Origin: Heptranchias perlo
Taxonomy: Eukaryota
NCBI RefSeq assembly: GCF_035084215.1
Contig: NC_090325.1
Span: forward strand, 196,726,001-196,790,000
Direction of reading: 5' to 3'
Length of the DNA: 64,000 nucleotides
The notes below the pieces were generated by a model. The model ran no database searches and was not told the origin of the DNA. It saw only the letters and a list, made by a program, of their open reading frames with translations. Positions 38,095 to 50,039 of the stretch are shown here, in pieces; position 1 is the stretch's first letter; each line of letters begins with the position of its first letter. Position numbers and translations under genes: made by a program.

Positions 38095-38515
38095 AAACAT
38101 AGATATTAGGACAGGTGTCGAAAAGCTTGGTCAAAGAGGTTGGATTTAAGCAGCGTCTTAAAGGAGGAAGAGAGGTAGAATGGCGGAGAGGTTTAGGGAG
38201 GGAATTCCAGAGCTTAGGGCCTAAGCGGCTGAAGGCACGGCCGCCAATGGTGGAACGATGGAAATTGGGGATGCACAACAGGCCAGAATTGGAGGAGCAC
38301 AGAGATCTTGGAGGGTTGTAGGGCTGGAGGAGGTTACAGAGATAGGGAGGGGCGAGGCCATGGAGGGATTTGAAAACAAGGATGAAAATTTTAAAATCGA
38401 GGCATTGCCGAACCGGGAGCCAATGTAGGTCAGCGAGCACAGGGGGTGATGGGAGAACGGGACTTGGTGCGAGACAGGATACCGACAGCAGAGTTTTGGA
38501 TGGGCTCAGGTTTAT
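38095..38515 (-). mobile_element. L2 LINE 3' fragment
   Basis: LADLHWLPVRQCLDFKIFILVFKSLHGLAPPYL...GGRAFSRLGPKLWNSLP. Confidence 0.87.
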
Positions 38516-40203
38516 CTTAACAAGCAGCCTCTTGACCCTTATAAAATGTAATCTTTGGCAATACAGTTATGTTTTTAAATTGGATAGCCCGGTGGTGAAG
38601 GATAGAATACTGGAGCCTGGTCTTCAGTTGCTTCCAAGCCTTTATTCACAGAGATTCCCCTTACACACACACTACACCCGAGATAAGCTCTCCTATAAAA
38701 AGGATACGATAGTCCCCAATTGATACCCACCACCTGAATACAGTTAACACCAATTGATATAAATCTTACAATTAACAATGTTGATCTGAAATGTCAGAAC
38801 CAAGGGCAAAAAACTGACCAGAAAAGGTGAATTTAATTGTGAAGAGATAATAACCTGGAAAGCAACTATTTCAAGTTCTGCCGTACATCTTAAGAAAGGA
38901 AAACTAGGAGGGGATGACTAACTGACTCCACACCGTGTCCGCCATTCATGGCAGCTGACAGGAGGTCAGGGAGAGAATCATGAGATAAAGAAAAAAACAA
39001 ATCCATGTGCTATCTTAATAGCCAGATGCACTTCGCCATAGGTGATTGGTCACTGGTCAACACCGCTCAAAAAAAAACAAATGGAATTGTTGTCCTGCAA
39101 AGTTTTGAGTTGGAACAGCAGCTAAAATCCATTAGTGATGCTGATTAAGTTTCTTCTCAAACATCTTATTCTTTCCAAGGCAGTAAAAAAATGTAGTCTG
39201 CAAAAAGAGCTGGCTGTAGTTTTGGATAATTTTGGTTACCTTGCAGTACATGTATAATGAACAATACTACGGACTATCATATGATGCCTGGATAGTGACC
39301 TAATACGTACCCTTGTGTTCGATCCGCAGAACAACTTAAATGGTCCAGATTCCAGATCACATTATCACAAATCCCACCAGAAGACACTAGTACAACAACC
39401 ACAGACTACTGTACCAGGCATCAGCACAGGCAGAGAATCAGCCTGCACCTCCATTATTGGACACTCGCTAAGTATGGAGGGGGCAGAATCAGCACAGTCC
39501 CAGACCCAATGACCAAATAGGTGGAGTGGTAGATAGACATGGAGATCACTGGACCCACCTTCATATTAAGGACGATGGGGCACCAATGCCATATGTCCAA
39601 TGTTACAGCCACCATGGGATGGGCATGAATGAGAACCTCCATCTCGGACATCCGCAACTAAAGCTTGGTGCACTGTAGTCCACTTTGAAAGGTGTGTCAA
39701 CCCTGACAGTGTTGTAGTGGAAACCTCATCGATCCAGCGAATAAAGAATACAGCAGGATTGCTCCAAAATTCTCAAACTGCTGCTACGACTATTATGAGT
39801 CAACCATAAAAGGTTTTAATAACTGTATAAATATATATATATTACTCTGACAGCACCTTGAAGAACGGAGAGGAGAAAACAAAGATGTGATCTCAAGAGG
39901 ACAGCATTCCCTTGGTAATCTGCCCTCCATGGCATGTCAGCAATATCCAATTTGTATATGCAGATTGAACTAATAAGGAAAAGTTTTTTTTGAATTATTT
40001 TCTTTCCTCTTTTTGAGTCCCACTGGCTGGGAAATAATTCAGGACGGATGGAGCCAGGCAAAACGATCAACTTCCGAGATTCTGCCACACTAGAATCAAT
40101 CATTCTGAGGAATACCACGGTGATGAAAGCTGACAAGTATGTTATTTAACAGAAAGGTTCTCTTTTGAGTCAGACATCTGATTAAAAAACAAAGACCTCT
40201 TAC

Positions 40204-40382
40204 CTGATTAATGTTCAGTGTGACTTTGCTTCTGCTACCTGCTCCGAGCTCAAGAACTATATTGTAAGTTTGTTGTGTGAGTAAAGAGGGAATTTTAACA
40301 GTCAGTTCACCTTCAACTGGCTTAGAGAAAACAACATCATAAAAACTCTCTGCTTCCACAGACCACCTCTGTGTTTTCTCAT
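40204..40382 (-). CDS. MANBA: MANBA exon 6
   Basis: (D)EKTQRWSVEAESFYDVVFSKPVEGELTVKIPSLLTQQTYNIVLELGAGSRSKVTLNINQ; 179 nt; tatag| and |gtaaga. Confidence 0.95.
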
Positions 40383-40809
40383 CTATAAATAAATAAAAAG
40401 AAATACACTTCTTTACATTAGGATCGTTCTGACAAGAGTTCTATCACGTTTTCAATAATTCAATCGTATTTGAATAGTAATGATGAGGTCCTTGTTATAA
40501 AAGCTTTTGAACGCCTTGTCCATTTCATTGGTTGCGGCAGACTCCTCATGAGTGACCCACACCCCTTTTGATTGGAAGGTCTTAGATTGCACAGCCCAGG
40601 ATTAATAGTAATGCTGTGCATTTGAATTTATGTAGAATTCCCTCAAAGTTTTTCTATGCAGAAACAGTGCACAACTGATCAAATTTGTACAGCTAACAGA
40701 ATGATGATGTTTATTTACAAATGAAACAATGAAGCATTAGGACTATGCAGATTACTACCCTGCATATTCAGTATTTTAACTTGTAAACACATCTGATGGG
40801 AAATCGGAT

Positions 40810-41980
40810 GGAATTGTTCAACATTTAATGGTTTTGATACGGTAAATAGTGAAAAATGATTTCCACACATTGATGAGTCAGTAACCAGAAAACATAAATG
40901 GAAGATTGGCAGAAGAATGAAGGGAGAGGTTAGGAAAGTTGATTTTACAAGGCAGGTTGTTTCCCTCATCATAACTATTGGAATGAGTACTTACATCGAA
41001 TTACAGAGAATTTTACAGCACAGAAACAGGCCATTCGGCCCAACTGGTCCATGCCGGTGTTTATGCTCCACACGAGCCTCCTCCCTCCCTACTTCATCTC
41101 ACCCTATCACCATATCCTTCTATTCCTTTCTCCCTCATGTGTTTATCCAGCTTCCCCTGAAATGTATCTACACTATTCGCCTCAACTACTCCTTGTGGGA
41201 GTGAGTTCCACATTCTCACCACTCTCTGGGTAAAGAAGTTTCTCCCAAATTCCCTATTGGATTTATTAGTGACTATCTTATATTTATGGCCCCTAGTTTT
41301 GGTCTCTCCACAAGTGGAAACATCTTCTCTACATCCATCCTCATCTCCCCTCTAAACCTTCGACCAATTACTTTAAATCTATGCCCCCTGATCACTGACC
41401 CCTCTGCTAAGGGAAATAGGTCCTCCCTATCCACTCTATCTAGGCCTCTCATAATTTTATATATCTCAATTAAATCTCCCCTCAGCCTCCTTTATTCCAA
41501 AGAAAACAGCTCCAGCCTATCCAATCTTTTCTCTTACCTAAATTCTCCAGTCCTGGCAACATCCTCGTAAATCTCCTCTGTACCCTCTCTAGTGTAATCA
41601 CATCTTTCCTGTAATGTGGTGACCAGAACTGTACACAGTACTCAAGCTGTGGCCTAACTAGTGTTTCATACAGTTTCAGCATAACATCCCTGCTCTTATA
41701 TTCTATGCCTCGGCTAATAAAGGAAAGTATTCCATTTGCCTTCTTAACCATCATATCTATCTGTCCTGTTACCTTCAGGGATCGTTAGTTATATCCTCTC
41801 AGTTCTGGTATCATCCTTGTAAATTTTGTTTGCACCTTCTCCAGTACCTCTATATCCTTTTTACAATATGGAGACCAGAACTGTTCTCAGTACTCCAAGT
41901 GTGGTCTAACCAAGGTTCTATACAAGTTTAACATAACTTCTCTGCTTTTCAATTCTATCCCTCTGGAAATGAACCCCTTG
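40810..41980. mobile_element. Cluster of nested or chimeric CR1 fragments
   Basis: ORF 41482-41754 VKKANGILSFISRGIEYKS...LEYCVQFWSPH; several abutting CR1 segments. Confidence 0.82.
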
Positions 41981-42879
41981 GTTTATAAAATCAAACAGCA
42001 TCAGCAAACTGATTTATAGCTCATTAAATCCCACTGATTTCACAACTGGTGCATTTCACCTGCTTGGTGTGTCATGTTTTGAAATGTAGATAGGGTTTAA
42101 CCTCACTGATTTCAGTTTTTTAACCAGCTGACTTATGAGAAGGTCCAAGTCCAGCATCTGGATCACCACACTCTGCTCAACCTCTGTGTTCTGAGTGTTT
42201 AAAAGTCGTAAACATGGCCTCAGCATTTAAATTACAACGTATGTCCTAGTAAGATAAAGTGCCAGTAAGCAGAGCACATGTTGATGACACTAACCAACTG
42301 GTTACTGTACCTTTCTCATCAACAACCAGTGGTGGGCTCACAGGTAGTTTAAACCCACTGGGAGATACAGCCCTGTCATTGTCAGCTTTCATTTGAAATG
42401 AGAAAACTTTGACAGGACTTTTAATGCTGAAGTTTTGCTTCACTATACTAGAGATACAACGTTGTGAGCAAAACACTTCAAACAAAAAGCCACCAATTTA
42501 GCCCGCAGCCACTTAACATGTAGCAGCCACTTAACTCTCTCACTTGGCTAGGTAAAAAGTCAAGAGGGATAGCTGTGTGTTAAGTGGCAGTTCTTACTGT
42601 AATCAACTGAGCAGTAAAAGCACAGTAAACTGCTTGGAAATTGGCCTGGATCCATCGCAAAATTACAGAAACCCCACCTGGAACTGGGAAAATGCCAGGC
42701 AACCTGGGCCTCCTGCCCAGAGATCTCACTCCACACAATCACCTTTAGAATGACTCAAAGGCCTCCCATAAAAGAGTAGCTGGTCCAGTAAAATAGTACT
42801 ACTCCACCCCAAACCACAACATGAGGATAGAACTGAACCAACTACCTGCTCGTCTCCCTGCAGAACCACATTCAATGTT

Positions 42880-43350
42880 CCTTATCCTAACTCGCAGCAA
42901 GTCCCGTTCACCCATCAACCCTGTGCTCGCTGACCTACATTGGCTCCCGGTCCAGCAATGCCTCGATTTTAAAATTCTCATCTTTGTTTTCAAATCCCTC
43001 CATGGCCTCGCCCCCTCCCTATCTCTGTAACCTCCTCCAGTTCTACAACCCTCCGAGATCTCTGCGTTCCTCCAATTCTGGCCTCTTGCACATCCCCGAT
43101 TTCCATCGCTCCACCAATGGCGGCCGTGCCTTCAGCTGCCTGGGCCCTAAGCTCTAGATTTCCCTCCCTAAACCTCTCGTCTCTCCGCCTCTCTCTCTTC
43201 CTTTGAGACGCTCCTTAAAACCTACCTCTTTTTGTCACCTGTCCTAATATTCCATGTGGCTTGGTGTCAAATCTTGTTTTATAATCACTCCTGTGAAGCG
43301 ACTTGGGGGACGTGTTACTACATTAAAAGGTGCTGTTGCTGTTGTTGTAG
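42880..43350 (+). mobile_element. L2 LINE 3' fragment
   Basis: SPINPVLADLHWLPVQQCLDFKIL...; (GTT)n-type tail. Confidence 0.87.
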
Positions 43351-43871
43351 AAGTCTAAGTTATTGAATTGTCAAGAAACAAATTCTATACAACGAATTTT
43401 AAATGGAATATTTACTGATAGCCAATGCAAGAAAAAGAAACTAATAATAGCGTCTAACTGTCACGAACTTTAAGGTGAAATGTCAGTTTTGCTGCTCTTT
43501 CACCACCATCACACTATTGCATCAGTAGGAAAAGTAGAAACAAATGATGTTTCTTGTAAATTATTAGCTGTTCATAATATATTATATAATAATAAACATC
43601 TGGCAATGAGTTAAAGACTCATTCAATCTTAGGGTTCATAAAGCACTCAACAATCAGATCCCATAAACTGAACTGCAGTCTTCTATATCTCCATTATTTC
43701 TAAAAGACAGTTAAAAGATAATGAGGGGCACGTTTTATCCAGAGAAAAAGAAAATGATTGCCATCAAACTTTAAAAAGGTCAGAGAAATATAGTGGCACT
43801 TTAAATAATACTGAACACAAGTAAAAAAAAATGTCTTCAGCCCTCACGGCAAAAACTGGCGTTGCCCATAC

Positions 43872-43995
43872 CATAAATAGTGGTTGCCGTGAGATACGTC
43901 AGGTGGCAGATGTTGTACATCTCAATCCTTATGTCTTTCCAGATGCCCTGTGTAGGAAAGGACGGACCCCAGTCCCAGCTGAAAGAGCACTGCTC
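43872..43995 (-). CDS. MANBA: MANBA exon 5
   Basis: [41 protein letters not shown]; 124 nt; tttag| and |gtatgg. Confidence 0.97.
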
Positions 43996-44471
43996 CTAAA
44001 ATTAATGCAGCAGAATGTAATATAAATCAAGTGCGTTCACCGAATTGCATTTATTGACTGTGATCTCAACACTCAGACTCGCACGGTGTGTGCGTGTGAA
44101 CTTTTAACCTTTTTGTGTGTTTGTTGGTAAAACGATGAGGTGAAAAGCAGGGTGTGGGAGTGTTTTTTGATCGTTGAGTGCTTTACTTCTGTGGTTACTG
44201 AATGGTGGGAGATGTTTGTTAAGTAAATATACACGTGTGAAGTACATTTATCTGTATTGTGTGAGTGTATGAAAGGCATTTTCTACTAAAATTAATGCAC
44301 GTGGTTAAAATGGTGTCACCACAGCCACACCTGGGGCTGGTCACCAATCTCTATCGGACAACGCGAATTATCCCGATCCGTAGAAAGTAACGTTCGGCCT
44401 CCGCCTGGAGCTGGAGGAACCGAGCAGTCTGGGATCCGCTCTTAGATACGCAGCCCCCGACCCCCGACCCC

Positions 44472-45158
44472 TGCCCCCCCCCACACACACTCCCCCGCCC
44501 CCTCCCCACACACCCTCCCCCCGCCCCCTCCCCACACACCCTCCCCCCGCCCCCTCCCCACACACCCTCCCCCCGCCCCCTCCCCACACACCCTCCCCCC
44601 GCCCCCTCCCCACACACCCTCCCCCCGCCCCCTCCCCACACACACTCCCCCCGCCCCCTCCCCACACACACTCCCCCCGCCCCCTCCCCACACACACTCC
44701 CCCCGCCCCCTCCCCACACACACTCCCCCCGCCCCCTCCCCACACACACTCCCCCCGCCCCCTCCCCACACACACTCCCCCCGCCCCCTCCCCACACACA
44801 CTCCCCCCGCCCCCTCCCCACACACACTCCCCCCGCCCCCTCCCCACACACACTCCCCCCGCCCCCTCCCCACACACACTCCCCCCGCCCCCTCCCCACA
44901 CACACTCCCCCCGCCCCCTCCCCACACACACTCCCCCCGCCCCCTCCCCACACACCCTCCCCCCGCCCCCTCCCCACACACACTCCCCCCGCCCCCTCCC
45001 CACACACCCTCCCCCCGCCCCCTCCCCACACACACTCCCCCGCCCCCTCCCCACACACACTCCCCCGCCCCCTCCCCACACACACTCCCCCGCCCCCTCC
45101 CCACACACACTCCCCCGCCCCCTCCCCACACACACTCCCCCGCCCCCTCCCCACACAC
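44472..45158. repeat. C-rich minisatellite, 25-26-bp unit (CTCCCCCCGCCCCCTCCCCACACACA), ~27 copies
   Basis: Directly visible. Confidence 0.96.
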
Positions 45159-45589
45159 CCGATGGGCCGAGAATAACTTGCTTCAATCCTCGGACTTGCT
45201 CCCAATGCAAACACAGTCCTGCAGGAAATCTTAATGGAGCAATTTACTCCCCCTCAAAAGCACCATGTGATCAAAATGTGCAATGGCTTCATAATGTACA
45301 TGTGTGAATGTAAAATCTTGAAATTCAATTTAAAAATGCTGTGTGGAGAACAAAAACACTCTGCAATGATGGGATTTCAACACTGACATTTAAATAAAAT
45401 TCGGTGCCAATTTCAACTCTCGACAAAAGAATAATTATCAGCAAAAAGAGAAAACTTCTCATGCCTCTGTGAAAGGTTTATCCTTTTTAATTTAAGTAAT
45501 GTAAAACTTTTAACAAAATTACAATTAATTATAAAAGCATTTGAAAGTTTAATTTTTAGGCTCCCCCAAGTAGCACAGCCCCTTTCAAC

Positions 45590-45972
45590 ATAGAACTACA
45601 TAGACTTTACACCACAGAAACAGGCCATTCGGCCCAACAGGTCTGTGCTGGTGTTTATGCTCCACACGAGCCTCCTCCCTCCCTACTTCATCTCACCCTA
45701 TCAGCATATCCTTCTATTCCTTTCTCCCTCGTGTGTTTTTCTCGCTTCCCCTTAAATCCATCTACACCATTCGCCTCAACTACTCCTTGTGGGAGTGAGT
45801 TCCACATTCTCACCATTCTCTGGGTAAAGAAATTTCTCCTGAATTCCCGATTGGATTTATTAATGACTATTTTATATTTATGACCCCTAATTCTGGTCTC
45901 CCCCACAAGTGGAAACATCTTCTCTACATCTACCCTATCAAACCCTTTCATAATCTTGACTCTATCAGGTCT
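45590..45972 (-). mobile_element. CR1 3' fragment
   Basis: MKGFDRVDVEKMFPLVGETRIRGH...FFTQRMVRMWNSLP. Confidence 0.85.
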
Positions 45973-46639
45973 CTAACTAGTGAGTAATTAAACCTTACAG
46001 ACCAGGAAGTTCCCATATTTGGTCCCCAGACTGCACTGAGTCAGCTAAATGCAGCTGGGGTTGGAACAGGGGCATTAGAATCGAACTCAACCCTTAGGTT
46101 ATGGCAGAGAGAATTGGGTCAGGATCCTGCTCCTCATCAACTGTCCATCAATCCCTGCTGCAAGTGCACGTGTGAGCAGGAGGACACTCGGCTGTTACAG
46201 GTCTATGGACGGTCAGTGTCATGGTTCATATATAAATGATGGCCATTTAGTCAATATATCAGAGGGCAACCAGTGCCCATGGATCTATGCCCCAGTAAGG
46301 AGTCACCGCATTCAGAAGCAAAGAGCAGAAAATCAACATGTTAAAAATAAATTAATTTTAGGTGCAGTATAGATCCCACTCCAAAGCGTTATTAAACAAA
46401 AATCAAACCAAGCATCACTAGAATGGGATAAATCCACGCGCTCTCCAGTAAACTAAAGCAAAACACTAAGAAACGAGTTCTAAAAAGAGTAGAGACACTA
46501 ACAGGTACATTTTCTGCACGCCCGCTCCTGGCACAAAGCCTTGCCCACAGGGAGGGCAGAATTTTGATGGAGAGACTGTCATGGTCCAGGCGGATGCAAT
46601 TTCCCATTCTGTGCTGCCAGTACGCGGGGGAAGAGGGTG

Positions 46640-47167
46640 GGGGGCAGTACCGAGGGAGCGCTGCACCGTCGGGGGGGGGCAGTACCGAGGGAGCGCTGCA
46701 CCGTCGGGGGGGGGCAGTACCGAGGGAGCGCTGCACCGTCGGAGGGGCAGTACCGAGGGAGCGCTGCACCGTCGGAGGGGCAGTACCGAGGGAGCGCTGC
46801 ACCGTCGGAGGGGCAGTACCGAGGGAGCGCTGCACCGTCGGAGGGGCAGTACCGAGGGAGCGCTGCACCGTCGGAGGGGCAGTACCGAGGGAGCGCTGCA
46901 CCGTCGGAGGGGCAGTACCGAGGGAGCGCTGCTCCGTCGGAGGGGCAGTACCGAGGGAGCGCTGCTCCGTCGGAGGGGCAGTACCGAGGGAGCGCTGCTC
47001 CGTCGGAGGGGCAGTACCGAGGGAGCGCTGCTCCGTCGGAGGGGCAGTACCGAGGGAGCGCTGCTCCGTCGGAGGGGCAGTACCGAGGGAGCGCTGCTCC
47101 GTCGGAGGGGCAGTACCGAGGGAGCGCTGCACCGTCGGAGGGGCAGTACCGAGGGAGCGCTGCACTG
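46640..47167. repeat. 33-bp CpG-rich minisatellite (GGAGGGGCAGTACCGAGGGAGCGCTGCWCCGTC), ~16 copies, SINE-derived
   Basis: The unit matches SINE segments at 7185-7220 and 55055-55092; the array runs on into SINE body sequence to ~47490. Confidence 0.95.
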
Positions 47168-48169
47168 TAGTAGTGACCATCCTATGGATGAGATGTTAAA
47201 TCATATCTGTGTTCTGGTGGATATTGGAGATCCTAGGGCAGTATTTGAAGGATTACAGGAAGTTGTCAGGGTGTCCTGGTTGATATTCTTCCCTCAACCA
47301 CCACCAAGAATAAATGAACTGGTCATAAAACTCTGTGCTGTTTGTGGAAACTTTGTTAATGGTAAAATCCAGCAGCCATTTTGCACAATATAACAACAGT
47401 GGCTGCATTTCAAAGCAGCTAACTGCACATGAATTTTTTTTTTGATGTTTCTGAGACTTGACGAGACTCTATATAAATCCAAGTTCGTTCACATATACAT
47501 GGGAGTTATAGTTCTATGTTAGCTCTAACATCAAACACTAAGTAACATTAAACTAGTGACAGGGAATGAAAATCATTCCGTACTTGCCCTCAGGCCACAT
47601 ATTCAGGATCATATTACTTTCTGCACAGAAATACTGCTGGAATTTTCCAGGAAGCTTATAGAGCTCCTTTACGCGTCTCTGAAAGAATCCCCAAGATCCC
47701 TACAAGCACTTCCAGTTGTGGCTCTATAAATAAGTTTAAAATCTTCAGCACTACTCTCTTCAGTAGCAAACTTCTTTGATGAGCAAAGATTGCTTGGAAT
47801 TGTGAACATCTCGTGTGAAGTTGAGGCCTTGGTTTATGCAGCATTTAAAGCTAGAGTATTTCAGCTGCTGCCCCCTTTAGTAGCTCTCTGTTATCAACAA
47901 AAATAAAGCAAACTAGTCTTTAAGTTATTTCATGTTGACCATTATATTTTGGTTGCGCTCAATGATTTGGGAACAGTTCTCCAGCTTAATTAACTCAAGT
48001 GCATCATTTTTTTTAAAAAATGGTTTAAAATAGAATCATATAACTTTAGAATTCAGAGGGAGGTCATTTGGTCTATGGTGTTTATGCTGGGTTTCTGAAA
48101 AAGCTATCCACTTAGTTCCACTCCCCTGCCTTATTTCCACTCCCTTTTAAAGTTTTCTTATTCAAATAG

Positions 48170-48720
48170 GCCTCAGCTGGAGTATTGTGTCCGATTCTAG
48201 GCACCACACTTTAGGAAAGATGTCAAGGCTTTAGAGAGGGTGCGGAGGAGATTTGCTAGAATGGAACCAGGGGAGAGGTACCTCAGTTATGTGGAGAGAC
48301 TGGATAAGCTGGGATTGTTCTCCTTAAAACAGAGAAGATTAAGGGGAGATTTGATCGAGGTGTTCAAAATCATGAAGGGTTTTGATAGAGTAAATAAGGA
48401 GAAACTGTTTCCAGTGGCAGGAGGGTCGGTAACCAGAGGACACAGATTTAAGGTAATTGGCAAAAGAGCCAGAGGAGAGATGAGGAAATATTTTTTTACG
48501 CAGCAAGTTGTGATGATCTGGAATGCGCTGCCTGAAAGGGCGGTGGAAGCAGATTCAATAATAACTTTCAAAAGGGAATTAGGTAGATACTTGAAGAGAA
48601 AAAACTTACAGGGCTATGGGGAAAGAGCAGGGGAATGGGACTAATTGGATAGCTCTTTCAAAGAGCCAGCACAGGCACGATGGGCTGAATGGCCTCCTCC
48701 TGTGCTGTACCTACTATGAC
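48170..48720 (+). mobile_element. CR1 3' fragment
   Basis: ORF 48240-48644 is the CR1 ORF2 C-terminus. Confidence 0.87.
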
Positions 48721-49351
48721 ACTGTGAAATATTTTGACTCTCAGGTTCAAGGAGTGCAAACTCGAATCTACCTGGTACACAACTGGCTTAATAACCGATC
48801 GCTCGATCTGGTTCGAACACCGAGCCTTGCTCTCTCTCCTTTGTCAAAACTGTCCACTACTCCAACAACTTGGAGGGCAAAAATAAATAATTTTCCCTTT
48901 AAAACTCTCTTCGTGACCTCTAATAAATACAAGGTCGTCTTGGATTTCTTTGTCACCAAGACAGAAACCACCAATTCAGTCGCCTCTGCTGCTCACACTT
49001 GCCCCTCACCCACACTTGCCCCAACCTCCCCCAGTCCCTCTCCCATTCCAGCCCAGCCAGAGTGGGGGGGGGGTTGGGGGGGTCGGAGAAAGAGGCAAGT
49101 CACATTCTCTCAGGCCTACTATTCCATCCCTGTCCCCCCTCCCATGGAGCCATAACCCCCTAACTCACGCTAGGTCAGATGTGTGGGATTTGGAAATATT
49201 GGGTGAAGTTCAGTGGGAATCAAGAGGAATGTTGAGCTTTGGGTAGGTGGGGGAGGGGGGAGAGGGGGGAGCAGGAGGGTGGTGTTTCTGGGTTAAGGCA
49301 GGACTGTGTAAGGGGAACCTAGGGTATATGGTAGCACTGGGGATTGAATCT

Positions 49352-49551
49352 NNNNNNNNNNNNNNNNNNNNNNNNNNNNNNNNNNNNNNNNNNNNNNNNN
49401 NNNNNNNNNNNNNNNNNNNNNNNNNNNNNNNNNNNNNNNNNNNNNNNNNNNNNNNNNNNNNNNNNNNNNNNNNNNNNNNNNNNNNNNNNNNNNNNNNNNN
49501 NNNNNNNNNNNNNNNNNNNNNNNNNNNNNNNNNNNNNNNNNNNNNNNNNNN
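49352..49551. other. Assembly gap (200 N)
   Basis: Run of exactly 200 N. Confidence 0.99.
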
Positions 49552-50039
49552 TCACATTTATACTGTTTTTTGCCATGTTTATGCGCAATGTACAGTTGGC
49601 AAATGCAGTACTAAAGGACAAATAGTGCTAAAAACCATCTCTGGCACCTCTCTCTTATACAACCAGCTCTAATTAGAATGTTCACAATTTCTGTCAATAA
49701 AGCACCATCGATGGTAACCATTGCCTTCGTATTTACTAGAAAAGCTTTCAAAGTTCAGTTCATTTATTTTGGGGAAAAAACTCAAATTGTGAGGAAAGAC
49801 ACTGCCTCACTGTCCCTCTCACTGTCTTCTGATTTACGCTGTCTCTCAAACCAAAAATTTAACAATTCATAAAATATGAAACTTTATCTGAATAATTCAT
49901 TCCACAGATTGTTTTTAAAAATTTGAAAGAACACAAAAATCCTTTTATCTAGTAAGGAGATATATCTCCTCCAGTACTGAGTCAGCATGCCACCCACCCT
50001 AACAGAATCCTAGAAATGCATGATAGGCAATTCTCAGCG

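Noticed and set aside
44351-47393. Gly/Cys-rich and RRRGSTEGALH-repeat ORFs
   Set aside because: They are translations of minisatellites, open in several frames on both strands.
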